DNA of 64,000 nt. Source: Phaeosaccion multiseriatum. Lineage: Eukaryota > Protista > Ochrophyta, other classes. Positions 55,201 to 64,000 of the stretch are shown here, one piece after another. Location of the stretch: positions 2,294,001-2,358,000 of the forward strand of contig OZ218958.1 of NCBI GenBank assembly GCA_965112735.1. The letters run 5' to 3'. The notes beneath the pieces are model-generated. The model was not told where the DNA came from. It saw only the letters and a list, made by a program, of their open reading frames with translations, and did not search any database. Within the stretch, counting starts at the first letter, position 1; every line of letters starts with the position of its first letter. A program made the translations under genes and the position numbers.

Positions 55201-58200
55201 CCTCTGTCCATATACCTGCCCAGTCCTCTGCCCAGCCCTCTGCCCAGCCCTCTGCCCATATACCTGCCCAGTCCTCTGTCTCTCAACTCACACGCACGTA
55301 CACACACCCGCGCACACACACGCACACACATACGTAAATCTTTGGTTGATTCATTCCTGCCATACACATAAGCCAATAAAATACCGTTACAACTCACATG
55401 CCCGACGGTTCGCATGAAGCCCCACGCCACGGTGCGCATGCCTCCTCCCCTCCTCGCCGCACTCAGGTCCAGAGAGGGGCCGAAGTCGAGCACTTCGAGC
55501 AAGAGGAGGCAGGACGGGTCAGTGGAGAGGAGGAGGGAGTACGCTTCGTTCAGCACCAGCTCTTCGTCCCACCTGGACAGTTGGTGATACAGGGCAAGGT
55601 GGAGCGAAGGTGTATGGCCAGGGTAGGGGAAGGGTAGAGGTGTATGGGCAGAGCAGCGGGAAAGGCAAAGGAACAGGGCAGGGAGGGAGGGCAGAGGATG
55701 AGGGAGAGGGAGAGGGGCAGAGCGAGAGGCACAATTCAACTCACTCACTCACAATCTCCCTCACTCAGGTATCTAACTCACTCACTCACTCACTCACTCA
55801 CTCAATCACTGACTGACTTGGAAGCTCACAAACTTACTCACTCGCTCACTATCTTACTGGCTTCATTTCTCTCTGACTTACATCACTAACTCCCTCTCTC
55901 CCTCCCTCCCTCCCTTCCACCCTCCCTCCTTCCCTCCCTCCCTTCCTCCCTTCCTTCCTTCCTTCCTCCCTCCCTCCCTCCCCCCCCCCCTCCCTCCCTC
56001 CCTCCCTCCCTGACTTACTCACCAAGGGGCGCAGGAGCGAGACTGCATGACACACGGTCGTGTGGAGACAGGGGGAATGGTCTGTAACGGCGAGCAGGTG
56101 TCCGGTGGGGACATGAGGCTACCTGTGTTGCTGTAACGCCAACAGGTGGTGCTCTGAGGGGGGGAGGGAGGGAGGGAGGGAGGGAGGGAGGGAGGGAGGG
56201 GGAGAGGATGGAAGGAGTGAGGAAGGCGGGGAAGAGAGAGGAGGAGGGATGGGAGGGGCAAGGGGAAGGAAGACGGGGGGGATTTTCCATCAGTTCTCAC
56301 TCACTCACTAACTCACTCACTCACTCACTCACCCATCCACCCACTCATGCACCCACCGACCCACCGACCCACCCACCCACCCACCCACTCATTCACCACC
56401 AACTCACCCACCCACCCACCCACCCACCCACCCACCCATCCATCCACCCATCCACCCATCCACCCATCCACCCACCGACCCACTCATCCACTCACTACCC
56501 ACTCACCCACCCACTCACCCATTGACACTCTACACCCACCCATTGACATACTACACCCACCCATTGACACTCTACACCCACCCATTGACACTCTACACCC
56601 ACCCATTGACATACTACACCCACCCATTGACACTCTACACCCACCCATTGACACTCTACACCCACCCATTGACATACTACACTCACCCACGCACCCATTG
56701 ACACTCTACACCCACCCATTGACATACTACACTCACCCATTGACATACTACACCCACCCATTGACATACTACACCCACCCACGCACCCACTCAATCCATC
56801 GCTCTCCTTACCTCCACCCGCGCCGTCGTTGTCCCCCAGGGCTCTTCCTCGGCGAAGCCGTCCCGCTCCCCGCCCCCCCACTCTCCCCCTCCCCCTCCGC
56901 TTGCCGAGCTCCTCCTCCTCCCCCTGCTCCTGCTGCTCCTCCTCCTCCCCCTCCTCCGCCACGTGTGTGACCCTCCACCCCCTCCGCTGTACTCATCATA
57001 ATCATCATCGTCATCACCACCACCACCACCACCACCACCATCATCATCATCATGATCATGATCATGATCATTATCCTCGTACTCATCGCTCTGGCTACCC
57101 TCAAAGGACGTCTCTTCGTCGCTCCCTTCATCCCCTTCGAAGTCATCGTCGAGGTAACGGTTGGGGTTTAGGTTTCCACTTCCCCCACCCCTCCTATCAC
57201 TGAGTCTCCTCTTCCCACCCTGCTGCTGCTGCTGCTGCTGCTGCTGCCCCCTGCTAGCAGAAGGGTCCGCCCCACTCTCTCCTCCCTCCTCCCCCCCTGC
57301 ACTCCTCCTCCTCCTCCTCCTCCGCCGCCGCCTGTGCCCTTCTCCTCCTCCACCGCGCATGTTCCCCCTCCTCCACTCCGCCCCTCCCCCTCCCCGTGCC
57401 CCACTGACCCTACTCTTGGCCAAATAGCGCCCCGTCTCCGCATCCACCAAGTGAATCCTCACCATTGGCTTCACTACTCGTGAGTCCTTCCCATGCGACT
57501 CAATTCCCCCGACCTTGAGCGTGATGACATCATTTGGGCCACATTGGGGTGGTGCGTGTCCACCTCGTCCTCCACCTCCTCCACCTCCTCCACCTCCTCC
57601 ACCTCGTCCACCTCCTCCACCTCCCCCATTCCCCTGTGCCTCGGCCGCCGTTCTCGCCTCCGCTAAAGCCACGGACAGACCCGTCTGCTTCTGTTCTTCC
57701 CCTTCCTCTCCTTTCTCTAGATGAGCAGAAACTGCCACCCCCCCTCCCCCAGGCCATTCCAGTGGTGACGGTTGGGGTCGCAACCCCATTCTGGTGAAGG
57801 TCCTGTCCGCCACGAAAGGGGCAAAGACTTGATACGCGGCGTCGTCAAGCATCGACATGAGTGATTGCTGCTCGAAGGCTCTTCGTCTCTCCTTTAGGCT
57901 CTGCCCAGCATGAGCCAAGGCCGACAGCGGTGAGCTGAGGAAGCTGTAGGGAGGGGAGGGGAGGGGAGGGAGAGAGGGAGGAATGGATGGATGGGCCCAG
58001 GTTACGACAAGAGCAAGGCAAGAAGCAACAGCGGCCGTTGGTGATACAGCAGGAGAGTAGTCACGGATGACAGCAAACACAACGCACCTATTGAGCAGTA
58101 GAGTGGATAGCCCAATACGGCCTGCCGCGCCCCCAGGGGTGGAGGCATGGGTACCGTCGCTCGCTCTCCTTCTGCTCCTCCTCCTAACCTTCCTGCCCGT

Positions 58201-60167
58201 GCTACTACTACGACTGGCGCGGCTGTGGTTGCTGCTGCTGCTGCTGCTGTTGGTACTAGTACTGTGACTACTGCTTGTGCTTTTCCTCTTGCTGCCTCCT
58301 GCTTCACCGTCTTCTTCGTTTACGTTCCCGCCCCCGTCTTCGTCACCCCCTCGCCGCCGAATCGGCTTTCCCTGAGCATCGACCTGCTCGCCCTGATGGT
58401 CTGAGTCGTCGGAGCTCACCACGGAACAATCCGACGAGGAGCTGTCGGACTGCAAGGGGCGGAGACCCCCCCCCGCCTTGCTCTGGACACACAGGACAGA
58501 GAGGGAGGGTTGGAGTGAGGGGGGGGGAAGGAGGGAGAGAGGGAGGGAAGGAGGAAGGGAGGGAGGGAGGGAGGAGGGACGGAGGGAGGGACGAGAGGGA
58601 AAGGGGAAGGGGGCGGGCGAGGAAAGACAGAAAGCTCGGGAGGTAAGTAAGTAAGTAAGGAGGGATGGAGGGAGAGGAAGGAAGCGAACTCCACGTTTGC
58701 GCGCTCTGCTCTTGCCAACCAATGTCCCAGCTATCCTAACCACCACCGCCGTCTGAGTGTTCTTCCCAGGCACTTTTACCTCCTTCCCCTCCGTTCCTCC
58801 CTCTCTCCCTCCCTCTCTCCCTCCCTCTCTCCCTCCCCCCCCCCCCCTCCCTCCCTCCCTCTCTCTTACCTTTGTCTTCTTAAGCACCATTTGCTTCCCT
58901 GCAAGGAGCCGCGAGCGCAGACCTCCCCCGGCTTTCGAGTCCCCCCCTTTCGTTTTGGGGCTACGGTCGCGCCCCTCCCCGCGCGCCTGCCGCTTCTCCT
59001 CCATCTCGCTGCCTCCATCGCTATGCCCTCCCCCCTCCCCCTCTGGCCCACTCTCCTCCGCTGCAGAAGCACCACTGTCCAGGGTAGCCTCACTGAGCTG
59101 AGCAGCGCTCCTGTGTGAGTCGTCGTCGGAGGCGCCGTCCACCCCCTCCCCGCCCAATCTCGCCGTGCTCCTGCTGCCCCTCCTCCTACTGCGACTGGGG
59201 CTGCGACTGCTCCTGTTGCTGCGTCTCCTCTTCATACTACTGTTGTTGCTATCGTTGCCACTGCCACTGCCCTGACGGCCACTGCCGCCGGACATCTTCC
59301 TTCGAAGGAAGCCTCTACCCTTGCTGAGAAGGGAGGTCTTCGTTCTGTATGGAGTGTGATGAGCATCGTCTTCGTCGTCTTCGTCGTCCTCATCCTGGGC
59401 TTCGCGGTCGTCGTCGTGGTCGTCCCAGCCGCCTCTGCCGCGCCCCCTGCACGTGTTGGTCATTCGAGAGCGGAGGAAATGAGAACGAGGGCGTATGAAA
59501 AGGAGAGAGAGAGGGAGGGAAATAAGCATCCGGTAGGCGCACACGGGGAAGGAAAGAAATTGGTAGGTGGGAATACGCCTCCGTCCGCCACCCTCGCTGT
59601 GACTTTGACTTTCATCCGTCGGAGGTAGCGGCTCGGTTAGTAGCCCTCTTTGCGTCGTGTGGTGGACTACATATAGAAAGCACAAAGTACAAATGCGATG
59701 GCTACCTCCCCCAATGCCTCGGCTTACTTGTTGCGCGCGCTCCTCTGCGCCTTGGACGATGAGACCCTCCCCTGCAAGCTCTTCTCGTCGTCCTCGTCGT
59801 CCTCCTCCATGCTCTGATATTGGCGGTCATTGCTGCCTTCAGATTCGTCCTCGGACGACTCCAGCGACACTTCCCCCATCCTCCTCCTTGGCCCCTTCTC
59901 CTCCACCTTGGGCTTGAGAGCGGCAAGTCGACCCCTCATACCCCCAGGGGCTGGAGTCGGCTGCGCTTCAGAGCCACCATCCTCCATGGAGTCGGAGTCG
60001 GTCTGTGCCATGACCTTGCCAGCATCATCTGCAGGCGGAACGTGCTCGAGACTGCTGGTGCTGCTGGTAGGCCTGGTGCCTCTTGCCGCAGCACCCTCCG
60101 CCCCGTCCAGAGCAGGTCCATCCGCGCTGCTTTTCTCTTTCTCTATCTTGCTCTCTGCTTCCATCAT
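46191..60167 (-). CDS. AHI1: Jouberin/AHI1-like ciliary transition-zone protein (low-complexity N-terminus, C2-like domain, WD40 propeller)
   Basis: About 18 exons, e.g. 60167-59728, 59446-58870, 58482-58088, 57943-56812, 56153-56023, 55572-55398, 54757-54140, 53682-53502, then WD40 exons near 52.5k, 52.0k, 50.0k, 49.5k, 48.6k, 47.9k, 47.6k and 47.2k, and a last exon ~46692-46191. Motifs [80 protein letters not shown]. Some inner boundaries are approximate. Confidence 0.8.
54912..55280. repeat. ~22-25-bp minisatellite (CCTGCCCAGTCCTCTGYCCATATA), intronic
   Basis: Read directly from the sequence. Confidence 0.9.
56516..56780. repeat. 21-bp minisatellite (CCCATTGACAYWCTACACCCA), intronic
   Basis: Read directly from the sequence. 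Confidence 0.9.
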
Positions 60168-61026
60168 CTGTCCACAGTGGTGTGATCGGTGAGTGGATAA
60201 AAGTAAAGCCGTTGGCTGTGCATATGTATGTCAATGACCCCAGGGGCCGCGGACCCCCGGCCCCAATTCTCCTCCAATCCAACCCAATCCTCCAATCTTG
60301 TGCACCGACCCACCAATCTATGGTGTAAAGAATCCGGGAGAAAGAGCCTTGTCACAGCCCATGCTCTCTTGAGTAGAAGAAGAGCGCGGGGGCGCGCTAC
60401 TAACAGACGGCTCCCCTTTCGCTAGCCCCGAGGAGGGCGGAGGGAGATAGCCTTCTCATTTATATCAAAGGTAGCTTCTCAAGACACACAGAAAAAGGCA
60501 CACAAGTTTGTGACTCCCTCCCAGTATTGGGTCTTTCTCTAATCCTGGGCCTAGAGGGAACCGACAGAGGTCAGGATGTTGATGGCCGAGCATCATGTCT
60601 GAGAGGGGTGGAGAAGAGAGGAGAAACAAAACGGCTTGGCGTTCAACGGGGGGGCGGGCGTGCGAGTGTAGGCAAGCGAGAGCTGACTTGATGGAGTGTC
60701 ACCACGCCTCTGAAGAACTCATGACTTGATGGAGCGGACCGCAGCAGGTTCGTGCGTGGAGAGAAAGGGGGGGAATATTTGTTGAAGCCCTTGCTCGACT
60801 CAACTGCAAGGAGGTGCAAGGGGGGGGGGCACAATACATTCTCAATGTGACCACTCCTGTTCGTCCCGTCCCACCTCCCCGCGCCACTCCGATTCCACAC
60901 ACACACAGGCATCGGGCACCCTCTGGGTGCAGAAATAGGGGCGCTCGGAGCCCGACTTCGCTAAAGATTAGGAGGAGGAGGGAGGCTGTGCGAAAGTGGT
61001 GGACTGGGGGGGAACAGCAGAGGCAG

Positions 61027-64000
61027 ATGGTGCTTACACCCAATGAGGGTGGCCGGAGCGAAAGGAACCATAGCACTACGTCTTCAACATCCACCTCTTC
61101 CTTGTCTCCAGTGTCCGGCCTTTCAGGGCAGCAGGAGCGGCTGGGAGGAGGAGGAAGGGGAGGAGGAGGAAGGGGAGGCGGAGGAAGGGGAGGCGGAGGG
61201 CAGAGGAGTGACCCAGAAGGAACCGCGAGCAATGACAGGGAGGAGGAAGAGGGACAGCAGGAGAGCTCAGCTGCGGCAGGCCCTCCCTCTTCGGGCGGCA
61301 ATGTGGAGGGGCAGGCTCATGCGCCACGGAAGTGGATAGTGGAGGAGGATGAGGTGAGCAGTGAGTGAGTGTGTTTTGTTTCTACGCGTGGGAAGGAGGG
61401 GGCAGGAGGGAGCAGGAGGGAGCAGGAGGGAGAACCCATTTCGTTGATGGGGAAGGGGGCTTTCCTTGGCAAGGGGGAGAGAGAGGGGTGGGGGGGGGCT
61501 TTTGTTGGCAGGGAAGAGAGGGAGGAGAGGGGAGCGAGTCTTCCCTAGTGAGAGGGGAGAGAGGGGGGGGGGGGGGGCTTTTGTTGGCAGGGAAGAGAGG
61601 GAAGAGAGGGAAGAGAGGGGGGCGAGTCTTCCCTAATAATAGGGGAGAGAGAGAGGGGGGGGGGGGCTTTTGTTGGCAGGGAAGAGAGGGGGGAGGGGGG
61701 AGCGAGTCTTCCCTAGTGAGAGGGGAGAGGGGGGAGGAGGGACTTCGTGCGGCAGTTCAGAGAGTCTCGCGAATGGAGGGGAGGGGAGGGGAGAGGCAAC
61801 GCGGAAGGAGTAGAGTAAGGCAGTGAATGAGAGGCTGCCTCTGATGTCAGTGGGCGACTGGGCCCTGATTGATGTATAATCCGTAGAGAGGAAAGTCCGT
61901 GTCGTCCCGACCTTGAGCAGTGAGGGAGGGGAGGGGAAGGGATGGGATGGTGTAAGTGCATTCACTGCTGTCGCCAGCTGTGACAGTGACAAGACCCCAT
62001 CCATCTCACTCTGAATTGAACACACATGGTATATACATATATGCCCTTGCTCCCTCCTTTAGTCGTCCTCCTCGCAGCAGTACCACACAAGTGTATGTGC
62101 CACTCACTCTTTGCTTTCGTGCCTCCCACGCCCCCCCTCCCTGCTGCCCTGTCTTTCTATCTGTCTCTCTGCCGCCATCCATGCCCCCCCCTCTGGCCTT
62201 CCCTTCGCCGCGTCTGCCCCCCCCCCCTTCTCCATGACCACCATCACCGCCACCGCCAGATGCTACGAAAGGCAGTAGCCAGGGTGGGAGAGGCCAACTG
62301 GAAAGAGATTGCTTCTCTTGTCGGGACCCGAAATCACGTACAGTGTCTCCAAAGGTGGAAGAAAGTGTTGAAGCCAGGTAGGAAGGGAGGGTAGGGAATG
62401 TAGGGAGGTGGGGAGGGTAGGGAGGTGGGGAGGGTGGTGCGTCCAGACGGGCGAGCAAGGAAGCAAGCAAGGAAGCACATGCTGGGGCTGCGCGTGTTGG
62501 TCTGCTACTGTTGTGCGCCCCCCATCCCGTGCACCCCTCGGCGGCTGCTCCTGACACACACACACGTACCTCCTGTCATGGCCCTCCTCCTCCTCCTCCT
62601 CCTCCTCCTCTCCCTCCTCCTCCTCCTCCTCCTCCTCCTCCTCCTCCTCCTCCTCCTCCTCTCCCTCCTCCTCCTCCTCCTCCTCCTCCTCCTCCTCCTG
62701 CCTTTCCTCCTCCTCCTTCTCCTCCTCCCCCCCCTCCTCCTCTCCTCCCCATCCTCGCTGTTGTTTGCTGCTGCTGCTGCTGCTGTACCACCAACTGCTT
62801 TATACGCAGGGCTGGTGAAGGGCCCCTGGCGGGTGGAGGAAGACGAACACCTGATGCAACTCATAGGGAGGGGCTTCAAGAATTGGGGGCAGCTTGCCGC
62901 CAGGTTAGTGCTTTATGATCCATCCACCCCTTTTCTGGTCCTTTCATAAGTCCATTTATCCATCCCTTTCCTGGTCAATTCATCCCCTCGCTGATCCATC
63001 TTTCGATCATCTGTCCATGCGTCAATGCGATGATCCCTCCATCCATCCATCCATCCATCCATCCACTGCCATCGATCCATCCATCCATCCACCCATCCAT
63101 CCATCCATCCACTGCCATCGATCCATCCCTCCATCCACCCATCCATCCATCCACTGCCATCCGTCCATCCTCCTACCTGTCAGTATGCCCGGCCGGACGA
63201 GCAAGCAGTGCAGAGAGCGGTGGTGTCATCACCTGGACCCGAGCATCAACAAGGGAGAGTGGACAAAGAAGGAGGACCAGGTGGGTGGATGGGTGGATGG
63301 GTGGGTGGGTGGGTGGGTGGGATGGGTGGGTGGGTGAACTGTCTCAAGCCTGGGCAGGGATAGAGCGGCTCGACATTTATAAACAATCGATTTGATGAGT
63401 ATTGGTGCTTTCGAGATCGAGGTCACGCCCTTCACCTGCTGATTGAAACTGAAGGCAAACAAATTAACTGAAACTGAACAAATGACAAAAACTGGCACCC
63501 CCCCCCCCCCAAACCTTCTGACAAAGAACTGCTTAGTACTACAACTGGCAACAAAACCTTGTGTGTGTGTGTGTGTGTGTGGTGAATCACCAACAGGTGG
63601 TGCTGGACATGCAAGAGCAGCTCGGAAACCGATGGAGTCGCATCGCCGCAGTCCTGCCCGGCCGCACGGAGAATGCAATCAAGATCCGCTTCAAGACCAT
63701 CAAGAGGGGGGGGACCAGAGGTAGGCACAACAGCGCCGTAACTGCCTCCTCCACCGGCGGTCTGGCGCAGCAGTTGGACGCCAAACCAGCAGGGGGAGCA
63801 GGGGCGGCTGGAGGGGCAGGGGTCGGAGCAGCGGCAGGGAGCACGGCGGTAGCGGCGGCGGCGGCGGCAGCGGCAGCAGCGGCTTCGGGAGGGGTAGGGA
63901 CTATGGCTGCGGGTATTGGACGTCGTCATCGTCCAACAACTGGCGGCGATGGAATGGGCTTTGGTGGGTTGCCATTGTCGTTACAGTCCGAGAGCGGTGG
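61027..64000 (+). CDS. Three-repeat (R1R2R3) MYB transcription factor; 3' end runs off the window
   Basis: Exons ~61027-61353, 62260-62377, 62810-62903, 63184-63280, 63597->64000. Repeats [97 protein letters not shown]. Start codon inferred. Confidence 0.92.

Overview
Eukaryotic nuclear DNA, most likely from a flagellated ochrophyte (stramenopile) alga: three genes have bipartite signal-plus-Phe plastid presequences, and there is an algal-type mannitol-1-phosphate dehydrogenase and two ciliary genes. Most ORFs in the six-frame track are microsatellite translations. I rebuilt the real genes by hand from splice sites and frame continuity. Eight intron-rich core genes form four head-to-head pairs: YgfZ/COG0354(-) with an EF-hand membrane protein(+); syntaxin-16(-) with CFAP92(+); FKBP(-) with M1PDH(+); AHI1/jouberin(-) with a three-repeat MYB(+). 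A ~10 kb accessory island (26.0-36.4 kb) holds several MITE-like elements, a secreted HExxH metalloprotease whose stalk is built from tandem exon-intron units, and an intronless ankyrin-BTB gene with two in-frame stops plus a truncated duplicate. The most unusual signal is a strand-symmetric motif code at coding-segment boundaries. Specific 12-16-mers (GGATGGCAGTGGATGG, GTTGGTGATACAG, GGNAGGTRTATGG, GTAAGTCARTGA) tend to sit just after exons and their reverse complements just before exons, whatever the gene strand, and even after stop codons. Many intronic minisatellites are expansions of these motifs. Counts are by eye and need computational confirmation.
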